This document shows positions 29,940-39,956 of a DNA stretch of 64,000 nucleotides, piece after piece; position 1 is the stretch's first letter; every line of letters starts with the position of its first letter. The DNA lies in contig CALEFT010000008.1 of NCBI GenBank assembly GCA_937876985.1, positions 2,149 through 66,148 of the forward strand, written 5' to 3'. This DNA is from an uncultured Clostridia bacterium (GTDB taxonomy: Bacteria; Bacillota; Clostridia; Saccharofermentanales; Saccharofermentanaceae). Both the position numbers and the translations under genes were made by a program. The notes beneath the pieces were generated by a model. It had not been told where the DNA came from. It searched no databases and saw only the letters and a program-made list of their open reading frames with translations.

Positions 29940-31229
29940 ATGATAGTACATGCTTTCGTGCAGTGTGATTACTGTAAAAAGAAAATATTGCTTCGTTTCC
30001 AAATGGGATATTTTGATATTCCGTTTAATATTTGTTGCCCCAATTGTGGAGTGCATATAAATGGCACAAAAAGAATCGTCAATGGCCACGATACAACAAT
30101 AAACAATGCTTCCGTTGTTGATGAAGATTGGGAAGGTTTGGATTACTATTCTGATTTTTCGGTAGAGCTTCCACACGCTAAAACAACTCGGTTTGAATCA
30201 CTTGACAGTTTGATGAAAACAAAATTCAGTCCATTTATGTTGACTGCCTCTTTATATGAAAACGATAAGTATTTTGAGCTAGTCAAACGCATGAAAGACT
30301 TCCTATCGTTCAGATCTTCGTATTGGCAAAAACTTACTCCTTTATATGATTTGTTCTTTAATAAAAAAATAGAGTTGACGAAAGAACATTTCTTGAAAAT
30401 ATCTTCAAGATTTGATGTAAAAAACGAGCTTGATGCTTTAATGGCTTTACATCAAACCACCGTTCTCGGGATGAATACTATTCTACCGAATGGAACACTT
30501 GGTCAATTCACTGATGCATCCAAAAGAATAAACACACCGAGTACGTTAATCAAAATGGATGCCCTTATTGATTCTTTAGGAAAAGAATATTTTAATTCGG
30601 TGTGTAAACGATTAGTGAAAATCTTTGATCGGTGGATAACAAATTTTGAAAAATATATCCCTGCAACAATGCTCGTGTTAGGAAATGCCACCGAAAAATT
30701 TGATAAAAATACATTCGGAATTGCCACCACAAGCGTTGACGATATGTTGGATTTTTATGCGGATAGTTATGAACTTATTCTTGACTATATTGATGTAGCA
30801 ATTGGTTTAAACAACATAGTTGTTCGAGATGATCACAATGCATTCCCCACAAACACAATCCGTGTAAATAAAAAGACACCCTGTGTCGGCAATTTTGAGG
30901 ACTATCGTGAGATTGTAAAATCATCTCGACTCAATTTGTTAGTGGATAGTGAGCCCTTCAGCAAGGTAATACCTTTGAATCGGAATGTCCGGAATGCAAT
31001 TGCACACTTTAACTACGAGTTTGATGCCGGAACTCAGAAGATTACATTTAGTGACAAGTACAAGGGTAATGACAATACAATCGAGTTATACTTGATCGAA
31101 CTTGCCATTTTGTGTTATGAAAATATAAGCATTTTGGTGTATTTGGATGAATTGTTGTATTCGCTCCGAAAAATACAATATACGAAAATGGGAATGTTCC
31201 CCAATATTAATAAGCCAAAGCAAGAATAG
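29940..31229 (+). CDS. Hypothetical protein with N-terminal Zn ribbon and C-terminal RxxxxH (HEPN-like) motif
   Basis: CDYC...CPNC; RNAIAH; RBS GAGG before ATG 29940. Confidence 0.6.
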   Translation: MIVHAFVQCDYCKKKILLRFQMGYFDIPFNICCPNCGVHINGTKRIVNGHDTTINNASVVDEDWEGLDYYSDFSVELPHAKTTRFESLDSLMKTKFSPFMLTASLYENDKYFELVKRMKDFLSFRSSYWQKLTPLYDLFFNKKIELTKEHFLKISSRFDVKNELDALMALHQTTVLGMNTILPNGTLGQFTDASKRINTPSTLIKMDALIDSLGKEYFNSVCKRLVKIFDRWITNFEKYIPATMLVLGNATEKFDKNTFGIATTSVDDMLDFYADSYELILDYIDVAIGLNNIVVRDDHNAFPTNTIRVNKKTPCVGNFEDYREIVKSSRLNLLVDSEPFSKVIPLNRNVRNAIAHFNYEFDAGTQKITFSDKYKGNDNTIELYLIELAILCYENISILVYLDELLYSLRKIQYTKMGMFPNINKPKQE

Positions 31230-31272
31230 AAATCATAACGGTTTATAATTTTTGAAAAACGGAGGAAAACAA

Positions 31273-33891
31273 ATGAATTCATTTGATCCATATAAATTCA
31301 ATAATTCTGCATTAGATGCTCTGCGACATTTAAAAGAAAATAGTGCATTATCCGCCATTCGCGAACTGCAAGTATCGAGCGCCGTTACTGCTACACTAAA
31401 ATTGGAAACGACGGGAGCTTTTGCGGCTGTAAGAGAACTTCAAAATACCCTTAATGCAGTAAAATCATCTATGGGAGGTGCAACCGCAGCTCTTGAAGAA
31501 TACCGAAAGATTGTTGCGCCTATTTCGGAATCTGTTAAAGCAATGAATATTGCTTATGCTCCTATTTTTGAACAAACAAGGGCTTTTGACTCTTTGAATA
31601 TTAAAAGCCTTATAGCGGGATTGCAAACAAGTTCCGCCGCAATGAGTGCTATATCGGGATTGAATCTTTCGGAAATAGCGAGTATTATTGATGCTTTGCC
31701 AAAGTACGACTTCTTATCCAATATGGTTTCGGATGATTTCTCTGTTGCTGAAGCCGAAGAATTATACGAAAACGGCGAAATTACCCAAAACGATATCAAT
31801 GAAGAAATTTCAGAGATCGTAAGCAAAAAGCAGTTTTCGCCAAAAGCAGAATGGGATAAGTTCAAGAAAAGCAAGTGGTTTCTTGCCATTAAAATCTTAA
31901 TAATTTTGATTATGTTTATATGCAATCCTGTCACCGATTATGCTACTGATAAGGCACTTGACACGTTGGGCATTAACGAGTTTTGGGAGAATTCTGGCGT
32001 ATACGATTTAATAGATTCAATCTTTGGAGAAGGCGAAAATAGTACAGTGTCTGAGACAGAAGCCAAGGAAACTGTTGATAAAACTAAAACAGGTAACGTA
32101 TCAAAACAGAGGCGTGAAGATTTACTTGCCAAAATCAAAGAAATACGCACCTTTATTTCTGCTGCACCGCAGGATAAAAACACGGGTAATCTTTTGTCAT
32201 ACCTTTCCGATCTTGAAAAGGATGTAAACGGTAAAAAATACGGTCTTGTGTTTGAGGAACACCGTGAGGATATTAACGAAGTACTTGCCACCCACACTCC
32301 CGTTCTAACCGAACAGAGTGACCTCTTTATTGCCAACGGCGGCGAAATGAACTTTCTTATCGAGGGGGACAACCTTGCTTCGTTGCAGTTGCTCGAAAAG
32401 ACACACAAGGGCAAAATTGACCTTATCTACATAGATCCGCCGTATAATACGGGTAGCAAAGATTTTATCTACGATGATGCTTTTATAGATAAAACCGACC
32501 TTTTTAGTCACAGCAAATGGCTTTCTTTTATGGAATGTAGGTTGAAAATTGCTCGTCGGCTTTTAAGTGAAAATGGTTCTATCTTTATTTCGATTGATGA
32601 TAACGAACAAGCACCCTTAAAACTTTTATGTGATGATATTTTCGGAGAAGAATACTTTGTTTCCGATGTTTCTTGGCAGAGAGCATATTCTCCTCGTAAT
32701 GACTCTAAAGGAATTAGTAGTGAAAAAGAGCATATTTTAGTTTATAGCCGTTCTCTTGGGTGGAGTCCGAATAAACTACCTCGAACTGAAAAAATGAACT
32801 CAAAATATAAAAACCCTGATGGTGATGATCGTTTGTGGCGAACAAGCGATGCTTTTGCTCCGAGTGCTGCAACGCACCAAGGAATGGTTTATGCAATTCA
32901 ACACCCATTCACTGGCAAACTCATTTATCCATACAATGGTGCGTGTTGGCCGCTTAGACAAAGTGATATGCTGAGTGCTATGCAAGAGTGGGGAGAATAT
33001 GAGTTAAAAGATTTAAACGATGCAAAAGAACGAGCTGCTGTATGTGGTATAAGTCCCGACGATGTTCGTGAGGGTGTTATGGGCATAGTTCTCGTTCAAC
33101 CCATTAAAATAGCGTCAAAACACGCACAAGAAATCTATGATAGAGGCAAATGGCCTCGTTTCTTCTTTACTAACAAAGGCAAGGGCGGTATTGCTCGAAA
33201 AACATATTTAGACTCAACTGATGGACGTGTGGTAACTAACTTATGGCCTTATGAAGAAACGGGACATACAGATGAAGCAAAAAAAGAATTAAAAGCCGTA
33301 TTTGGTGGAGAAAAACCGTTTGATACACCAAAGCCAACTCGCTTGATGGATAGAATTATCCATATAGCGACGGAGCCAAACGCTACTGTTTTAGATTTCT
33401 TTGCTGGTAGTGGTACTCTTGGACACGCCGTTCTAAAATACAACGCAAGTAACAAGGGGAGCAATCGCCGTTTTATTCTTTGCACTAATAATGAAAACAA
33501 CATCTGCCGTGAAGTTACATACGAGCGTATCAAGCGTGTAATTGACAAAGAAGGTTACGAAGCTTCACTTAAGTATTACAAGGTGGAGTATATCCCCGTC
33601 AGTGAGCGTATGTATTACGAATATGCGGACGAACTGCTCTGCCATATCCGTGAACTCGTTGAGCTTGAAAATGGTGTGAACTTTACGGGCAATGCTGAAA
33701 TTGGCATTGTTCTGACTGAAGAAGAACTTGATGAATTTATCGCAAATACTGACGCCTTTGCAAAGTGCCGCAAACTGTATATGGGACACGATCTTTTACC
33801 AAGTGACGAACAGGAACAAATTTTGCGTATGCATGGTGTTGAGATTAGCATCATTCCCGATTACTATTACAGAGATTTACAGGAGGGTTAA
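31273..33891 (+). CDS. mod: Type III R-M DNA methyltransferase (Mod) with about 270-aa N-terminal extension
   Basis: KKYGLVFEEH, IEGDNL, IYIDPPYNTG, FDTPKP, LDFFAGSGT (beta-class order); upstream of res. Confidence 0.9.
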   Translation: MNSFDPYKFNNSALDALRHLKENSALSAIRELQVSSAVTATLKLETTGAFAAVRELQNTLNAVKSSMGGATAALEEYRKIVAPISESVKAMNIAYAPIFEQTRAFDSLNIKSLIAGLQTSSAAMSAISGLNLSEIASIIDALPKYDFLSNMVSDDFSVAEAEELYENGEITQNDINEEISEIVSKKQFSPKAEWDKFKKSKWFLAIKILIILIMFICNPVTDYATDKALDTLGINEFWENSGVYDLIDSIFGEGENSTVSETEAKETVDKTKTGNVSKQRREDLLAKIKEIRTFISAAPQDKNTGNLLSYLSDLEKDVNGKKYGLVFEEHREDINEVLATHTPVLTEQSDLFIANGGEMNFLIEGDNLASLQLLEKTHKGKIDLIYIDPPYNTGSKDFIYDDAFIDKTDLFSHSKWLSFMECRLKIARRLLSENGSIFISIDDNEQAPLKLLCDDIFGEEYFVSDVSWQRAYSPRNDSKGISSEKEHILVYSRSLGWSPNKLPRTEKMNSKYKNPDGDDRLWRTSDAFAPSAATHQGMVYAIQHPFTGKLIYPYNGACWPLRQSDMLSAMQEWGEYELKDLNDAKERAAVCGISPDDVREGVMGIVLVQPIKIASKHAQEIYDRGKWPRFFFTNKGKGGIARKTYLDSTDGRVVTNLWPYEETGHTDEAKKELKAVFGGEKPFDTPKPTRLMDRIIHIATEPNATVLDFFAGSGTLGHAVLKYNASNKGSNRRFILCTNNENNICREVTYERIKRVIDKEGYEASLKYYKVEYIPVSERMYYEYADELLCHIRELVELENGVNFTGNAEIGIVLTEEELDEFIANTDAFAKCRKLYMGHDLLPSDEQEQILRMHGVEISIIPDYYYRDLQEG

Positions 33892-33895
33892 TATA

Positions 33896-34330
33896 ATGGT
33901 TGAATTCATAAAAACTTTATTGATAGCATGCATCCCTTCTGTTATAGCAGGTGTTGGTACATATTTAGTCGCCAAGAAAAATGCTTCCTCTCAAATCAAA
34001 ATAGTTAAGGAACAAAATAGGCATGATTTGGACAAGCTAATGGAACAACACAAGATTGATATTGAAAATCTCAAAGAGGCTCATAAACTTGAGATGGAAT
34101 CTAAGGAACAAGATCACAAAAACAAATTAGAGCTACAACAGAAGGAGTTTGAAAACAGTTTGCTCCGGCAACAAAAAGAAGGCGAAAATGCCATAACTGC
34201 CGAAGCCATTAAAAACGTTTTTGGTATGCTAGGAAGCGCAATGACTACAGCTATGGATACTCCGGAAGGGAAACAGTTATTGGGTAAATCCTTGAGAAAA
34301 TCTCAAGAAAAAACAAAACAGGAGGGCTAA
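33896..34330 (+). CDS. Small protein with N-terminal TM helix and coiled coil, between mod and res
   Basis: 144 aa from ATG 33896 after AGGAGGG; MVEFIKTLLIACIPSVIAGVGTYLVA. Confidence 0.75.
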   Translation: MVEFIKTLLIACIPSVIAGVGTYLVAKKNASSQIKIVKEQNRHDLDKLMEQHKIDIENLKEAHKLEMESKEQDHKNKLELQQKEFENSLLRQQKEGENAITAEAIKNVFGMLGSAMTTAMDTPEGKQLLGKSLRKSQEKTKQEG

Positions 34331-34335
34331 AAAAC

Positions 34336-36522
34336 ATGGAATTAAAAGAATTTCAGCTTGCGGCGGTAAAATCGTTGTTTGAGGCTATGGACAAGCCCGC
34401 ACGTGATATTATCCTCAAAAGCCCTACTGGCAGTGGCAAAACCATTATTCTGACCTATTTTATGCACCAATACATACAATCTTTCCCGAAAACCGTCTTT
34501 GTATGGCTTACGCCCGGCAAGGGCAATCTTGTGGAACAGAGCAAGGCGAAAATGGACAAATACATCCATTCTTCGCAGACAAAACTGCTCTCTGATGTTA
34601 TGACAGCGGGTTTTGAGGAAAATGATAGTTGCTTTATAAATTGGGAGAAACTGACGAAAAAAGGCAACAACGCTCTTAAAGACAGTGAATGCACCAACTT
34701 TTTAGAGCATATTCAAAACGCTCTCAATGACGGCATCCACTTTGTAATTATCGTGGACGAGAGCCATCAAAACAATACAATCAAAGCAGATGAGATTATT
34801 CAGTATTTCCATACCGATAAAATTATTCGTTGCTCTGCAACTCCGAAAGGTATTGCAAAGGCGGAGATTATCGAAATTCCTGAAGAGGAAGTTATCGCTG
34901 CAGGACTTATTAAAAAATTACTTGTCATTAATCAAGATTTCCCCCAGACTGTAAAAACAGAAAATCAAACATCTTATCTTCTTGAAAAAGCGCTATTAAA
35001 ACAGCGCGAGATTCGTGCAACATTTTTGCAGAAAGGAACAGATATTAATCCTTTAATTGTCGTTCAGATTCCTAATAAGTCTGAAACGCTGCAAGACAGT
35101 GTAGAACGCTATCTTGAATCGCAAGGAATTACTTGTGAAAATGGTCAACTTGCAGTGTGGCTTTCCGATAGGCACGAGAATTTAGAAGAAATTGAAGAAG
35201 CTAATGCAACATCTTCAGTTGTCATTATCAAACAGGCTGTCGCAACTGGTTGGGACTGTCCAAGAGCGCATATCCTTGTTAAACTACGTGACAATATGGA
35301 CGAAACCTTTGAAATACAAACTATAGGTCGAATTCGCCGTATGCCTGAAGCAAAGCACTACGAGAATGATCTACTTGACAGTTGCTATCTTTACACCCTT
35401 GACGAAAAATTTACTGCAGGTGTTAAGATGGCACTGGATAAAGGCGCATTAAATGCTTGTACCTTGTTTTTGAAAAATGAACATAAAATTGTTTCGCTTA
35501 CATCTCAGAAGCGTACAATGGTTACTTCCACTCGCAATCCCCAAAAAGCTTTACAAGCGATTGCAATGTATGCAGTAAAGGAATACGGTGTTGGTGGAAA
35601 CAAAACCACAAACAAAACACGTTTACAAGCAGAGGGATACGTATTTAGCGAAGATATCATTAGACACACCGTTTCCGGCGAAACAACAACACTTGAATTT
35701 GATTCTTCTGATATGAACTCAATTTCTGTTACTGAAAAACTAAGCACAAGTAAACACGGACGAGATTATCATCAAAAAATAGGTAAAATCGGCTTAGAAA
35801 TCGGTATGGCGTATTCTTTTATGAATACCATTATCCGTAAACTCTTTGATAAAAACTTCAATTATAGCCGTAAAATCCTTGCACTTGAACCGAGAGAAGT
35901 CTATGCTTTTGTACTCAATAATTCAGATCGTTTGAAACACTTTATCCGTGAAGCTATGGCATATGAACTTGCACAGCTCCAGTTGGATGTCAAATCCATA
36001 TCCGAAAACGAATTTCGGATTCCTCAATCCTGTCTGTTTACATACAATGGAGATTTAAAAACACAAATTGAATACAAGAAGAATGTTTATCAGGGATATT
36101 TATCTTCTGCTGCACCACGCTCCACTCCGGAACTTAAGTTTGAGAAATTCTGTGAGCGTTCTGAAAAGGTTGAGTGGTGGTATAAAAACGGAGATAAAGG
36201 TAATGAGTACCTTTCTATCGTTTATACTGATAACTCCGAAAAGCAAAAGTTGTTTTATCCCGACTATATCATCTGTGTGGATGGAGAATTGTGGATAATT
36301 GAAACCAAAGGTGGATTTGATCGCAGTGGTAATAGCCAAGATATTGATAAATATACTGCAAAGAAATTTGGCGTGCTTAAAGCATATCTTGAAAAGTATG
36401 GCCTAAAGGGCGGAATCGTTCGTAATGATGACAGTACCGATGAACTCTGTATTTGTATGGAGAATTATTCTGACGATATACAGAGTGATGATTGGAAACT
36501 CCTTGAAGAAACATTAAAGTGA
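34336..36522 (+). CDS. res: Type III restriction subunit (SF2 helicase + PD-(D/E)xK nuclease)
   Basis: SPTGSGKT, DESH, SAT, GWDCP, QTIGRIRR, FYPDY...IETKG. Confidence 0.9.
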   Translation: MELKEFQLAAVKSLFEAMDKPARDIILKSPTGSGKTIILTYFMHQYIQSFPKTVFVWLTPGKGNLVEQSKAKMDKYIHSSQTKLLSDVMTAGFEENDSCFINWEKLTKKGNNALKDSECTNFLEHIQNALNDGIHFVIIVDESHQNNTIKADEIIQYFHTDKIIRCSATPKGIAKAEIIEIPEEEVIAAGLIKKLLVINQDFPQTVKTENQTSYLLEKALLKQREIRATFLQKGTDINPLIVVQIPNKSETLQDSVERYLESQGITCENGQLAVWLSDRHENLEEIEEANATSSVVIIKQAVATGWDCPRAHILVKLRDNMDETFEIQTIGRIRRMPEAKHYENDLLDSCYLYTLDEKFTAGVKMALDKGALNACTLFLKNEHKIVSLTSQKRTMVTSTRNPQKALQAIAMYAVKEYGVGGNKTTNKTRLQAEGYVFSEDIIRHTVSGETTTLEFDSSDMNSISVTEKLSTSKHGRDYHQKIGKIGLEIGMAYSFMNTIIRKLFDKNFNYSRKILALEPREVYAFVLNNSDRLKHFIREAMAYELAQLQLDVKSISENEFRIPQSCLFTYNGDLKTQIEYKKNVYQGYLSSAAPRSTPELKFEKFCERSEKVEWWYKNGDKGNEYLSIVYTDNSEKQKLFYPDYIICVDGELWIIETKGGFDRSGNSQDIDKYTAKKFGVLKAYLEKYGLKGGIVRNDDSTDELCICMENYSDDIQSDDWKLLEETLK

Positions 36523-36531
36523 GGACGTAGT

Positions 36532-37221
36532 ATGAAAATTCTTGAGCACAGGCATTTAAGTGATTTGAGTCCTGCAAAGGTTCAATTTATAAGAATAGAC
36601 CCTGAAGACATCTCTGTGACTTTAGCAGAGATACTCAAGGTTTTGATGGATATATCTTGGCTCAAGAATTTTGACGAGGAATACGAGAGAGTAGCATTTG
36701 CATCTAAAGCCAATAAAACGATTGATGATATCAAAGACAAATTTAGTAAATGTTCAAGTGATAAGGTAACAAGTAGCGCAGGTGAATATATCGTTTCCGA
36801 ATTAGCACGTGAGGCTTTAATTAATCAACTGGCATATTTAGATATACCCCTTGCCGAATTGCTTGGCAAGAAAAAGTCAGGAAATCCGGGGTTTGATTTT
36901 CATAGTGCAAATTTAACTACTGATACCGTTATTTTTGGTGAAGCTAAATATGTTGCTACCACGAGTGCATATTCAACTGCATTACCACAAATCGAAAAAT
37001 TCATTCGAGATAAAAAGGATATTGAAGATCTCCCTGATTTAACACCATTTTGTTCATCTAATGCATTGAATCGTGCGTATAGAGGACAAAAGGGATTTGC
37101 GGTTGCATTTTCAGCAAAAAGCACTTCATCGGATAGTCTTATTACCACGATAAAATCACGTTCGGATTTCAAATCATTGTTGTGCTATGAAGAAATCATT
37201 TTAGTGGCGGTGAATATATGA
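36532..37221 (+). CDS. PD-(D/E)xK nuclease-like protein, HamA-like
   Basis: AGEYIVS, PGFD, FGEAK; overlaps the helicase start (ATGA). Confidence 0.6.
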   Translation: MKILEHRHLSDLSPAKVQFIRIDPEDISVTLAEILKVLMDISWLKNFDEEYERVAFASKANKTIDDIKDKFSKCSSDKVTSSAGEYIVSELAREALINQLAYLDIPLAELLGKKKSGNPGFDFHSANLTTDTVIFGEAKYVATTSAYSTALPQIEKFIRDKKDIEDLPDLTPFCSSNALNRAYRGQKGFAVAFSAKSTSSDSLITTIKSRSDFKSLLCYEEIILVAVNI

Positions 37222-39533
37222 AATGTGTTATTGATAGCGGAAATGTAATTAAGCGGATACGTGATGGAAAGGATCTTGAAAAAATTGCTACATATGCAAG
37301 AAATCAAATTTTTCAAAACGGGCCTAAAGATACCCTCATCCTTGAGATTTTAGCGTATCTAAAGTTATTTCAACCTACATACTTTGAAGAATTCGAGTCA
37401 GAGCTTATAGAAACTATGGGGCTATTTTTCAAAAATCCAACGCCCGATACCTTGCAAGGTGTAATCTTTGAGATGTATCGTCAACATATAAAAGAAAAAT
37501 ATGGCGAAGATTTTACACCGATGCAAGCAAGTATCCTTAAACAAATCAAAGATAAACAGCACTTTAGTTTCTCGGCACCTACCAGCACCGGTAAGTCTTT
37601 CGTTTTTAGAAATTTGATTCGATCCTCAACAAAAGATGTTGTTGTAATAGTACCTTCTCGTGCACTGATTAATGAATATTACGATCGCATCAAAGAAATA
37701 GTCAATATAAAGATAGTAAATATCCTAACATTTGTAGATCGTATTAATACGAAACACGCCAAGCGTAATATATTTATCCTTACGCCAGAGAGAGCTCGAG
37801 AGTTGTTCAAAAACAAATTGTGGTTGGATGTTGAACTCATATTATTTGACGAGGCTCAGTTAAGTGATGAAAAATCCGCAAGAGGTCTGTATTTTGATAG
37901 TATTGTACGACGTGCATTGAAAAATTTCCCTAATGCAAAATATGTTTTTGCACACCCGTTTATTTCAAATCCCGAAGCGCAATTAAAACGAAACGGTATC
38001 ATCAACACTGATTCTGCTGCAATTAATTATGAGCAGAAAAATGTTGGACAAATCTTTTATGTTCACAATCCTTCTCAAGATGAATTTTATCATTTAGGCA
38101 CAAATAAAGATGTCTTAGGAAAACAAAAGCTTAAAGCAAATTTTGATCCTATAGAAAAAGCTATTATTAACGGCGGCAGTGTGCTAATTTATGTACCTAA
38201 AACTCATATTTATGACAAAAGAATTTACCAACAATTCGGCAAATACATAAAGTTGTGCAATAAAATTCAAGACCCTGATGCATTAAAAATGATCGATGAA
38301 CTTCGAACATATATTGGAGCTTCAAAGAATAATACGCTTTTCTACAATTCTGAAATGCTTGAAAAGCTTTCATACGGTATTGTAACACATCATGGATCTA
38401 TGCCTCTTACCGCTAGATTGATATTAGAACATTTTACACAACGAGGATTTTGTCGTATATGTTTTGCAACTTCAACTTTAGAGCAAGGTATAAATATGCC
38501 ATTCGATGTTGTTTATTTGGATCGTTTCGAAGCAAGTAAATCTCTATCGGTCAAAAATCTCATCGGTCGTGCTGGGCGTTCGACAACTAATAAAAAATAC
38601 GACTATGGTAGTGTGATTATTCGAAATAACGCAATAACCCCATTTAGACAAGTTATAAATAAATTGGAACCACTATCCACTGTCTCAAAATTGGATACTG
38701 ATGATGATTCCTTAGATGCAAAGTATAAAGAATTTAAGGATGCCATTAATAATAATGAATTCTCTGATGAGTATAATCTTACAAACTCTGATATTGAAAA
38801 GCTAAAGACAGATGAAGTATCGGCTATGATTCCTACTCTGCTTGATATGTTATTTGATGATGGTGTACTTATTGATCCTGATTGCGATATGAAGGATATC
38901 TATGATGTTTTCGGCAAACTTTACGAACAATATCTTGGTCGAGAATTAGTCGTGGCCGAAAAAGCAGTTTTAAGTTCAGCTATTAAAATCATGATATGGA
39001 AGGTTTATGGAAAGACCTTTCATTTAATCTGTCAATATAGGTATTCTTATGCTTCTCGTGTAACAGAGCGAAGAAAATTATATAAGCAAGGAAAAATTGA
39101 TGAAGCAAACAATCTTAAAGCTAAATACTTAGTTGGATGCCACGATATTCCCGATAAGAGTTTAACTCCATACCCGCTCATATCTTCAAATATGGCAGCA
39201 AAAGATGTTGATTATGATCTCATAGTATACGATACATACGATTATTTAGATAAGCTAATCAGCTTTAAGTTAAGCGATATCTTCTATGCTATTTTTCATC
39301 AATACTACGAAAAAACACAAGATCCAAATGCATTGAAGCTAGCAAAATATTTCAAATATGGAACAGATAAAGAACGTGAAATATGGATGCTCCGTTACGG
39401 GTTGACGTTTGAAGAAATTGAATGGGCTACAGATTGTATCGATTCGATCGATGAATCTGAAATAGTTTTTAATAAAAAAGTAGAAGATCTTGATAAATCC
39501 CAATTGAAATCTATCGAGCAGTATTTACCATAG
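37218..39533 (+). CDS. Ski2-like SF2 helicase, HamB-like
   Basis: SAPTSTGKS, PSRAL, TPER, DEAQ, HHGSM, TSTLEQGINMP, GRAGR. Confidence 0.8.
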   Translation: MKCVIDSGNVIKRIRDGKDLEKIATYARNQIFQNGPKDTLILEILAYLKLFQPTYFEEFESELIETMGLFFKNPTPDTLQGVIFEMYRQHIKEKYGEDFTPMQASILKQIKDKQHFSFSAPTSTGKSFVFRNLIRSSTKDVVVIVPSRALINEYYDRIKEIVNIKIVNILTFVDRINTKHAKRNIFILTPERARELFKNKLWLDVELILFDEAQLSDEKSARGLYFDSIVRRALKNFPNAKYVFAHPFISNPEAQLKRNGIINTDSAAINYEQKNVGQIFYVHNPSQDEFYHLGTNKDVLGKQKLKANFDPIEKAIINGGSVLIYVPKTHIYDKRIYQQFGKYIKLCNKIQDPDALKMIDELRTYIGASKNNTLFYNSEMLEKLSYGIVTHHGSMPLTARLILEHFTQRGFCRICFATSTLEQGINMPFDVVYLDRFEASKSLSVKNLIGRAGRSTTNKKYDYGSVIIRNNAITPFRQVINKLEPLSTVSKLDTDDDSLDAKYKEFKDAINNNEFSDEYNLTNSDIEKLKTDEVSAMIPTLLDMLFDDGVLIDPDCDMKDIYDVFGKLYEQYLGRELVVAEKAVLSSAIKIMIWKVYGKTFHLICQYRYSYASRVTERRKLYKQGKIDEANNLKAKYLVGCHDIPDKSLTPYPLISSNMAAKDVDYDLIVYDTYDYLDKLISFKLSDIFYAIFHQYYEKTQDPNALKLAKYFKYGTDKEREIWMLRYGLTFEEIEWATDCIDSIDESEIVFNKKVEDLDKSQLKSIEQYLP

Positions 39534-39539
39534 TTACTA

Positions 39540-39574
39540 TAACAGGCACGGGAGGTTGACTCCCGTGCCTGTTA
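39540..39574. terminator. Perfect hairpin between convergent genes
   Basis: TAACAGGCACGGGAG-GTTGA-CTCCCGTGCCTGTTA. Confidence 0.8.
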
Positions 39575-39721
39575 TCATTTTGTGTATTTGATTATGAGCT
39601 TATCGACGCCGTCGGTGTATTTGCCTTTAGATATCAGCTTGTTGCGATATTCGAGCAAGCACTGAAGGATGAGGCAGTGTTCTGCATCGGTCAGACGATG
39701 GTAGTATTTCCGTTTTCTCAT
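39575..39721 (-). CDS. 48-aa hypothetical protein of the type found after tnpV in clostridial elements
   Basis: MRKRKYYHRLTDAEHCLILQCLLEYRNKLISKGKYTDGVDKLIIKYTK; start overlaps the tnpV stop. Confidence 0.5.
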   Translation of the reverse strand: MRKRKYYHRLTDAEHCLILQCLLEYRNKLISKGKYTDGVDKLIIKYTK

Positions 39722-39956
39722 ACAAATACCAACTCGACATTTACAGTTTCAATTACACGCTCTCGGATATTGTTCATTCTCTGCACCTATTTGATTTGAT
39801 CGGTGGCTTTGAGCTGTTCGGTGATGCTTTCTTTTTCGGCGTATTCTTTTACAAGCCAAGAAAAGAGGTTCTGCGCTTAATCTTCGACATCTGCGAGAAG
39901 GGAATGGAGCTTGCTAGAAGTGAGCAGATTATAATATAAGACTTTGCGGTGGTGCT
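39718..39956 (-). pseudogene. tnpV: TnpV pseudogene (5' truncated, two in-frame stops)
   Basis: KHHRKVLYYNLLTSSKLHSLLADVED*AQ...ITEQLKATDQIK*VQRMNNIRERVIETV. Confidence 0.85.

Noticed and set aside
31273..33891. Phase-variable mod (phasevarion)
   Set aside because: No simple-sequence repeat tract seen in the gene or promoter.
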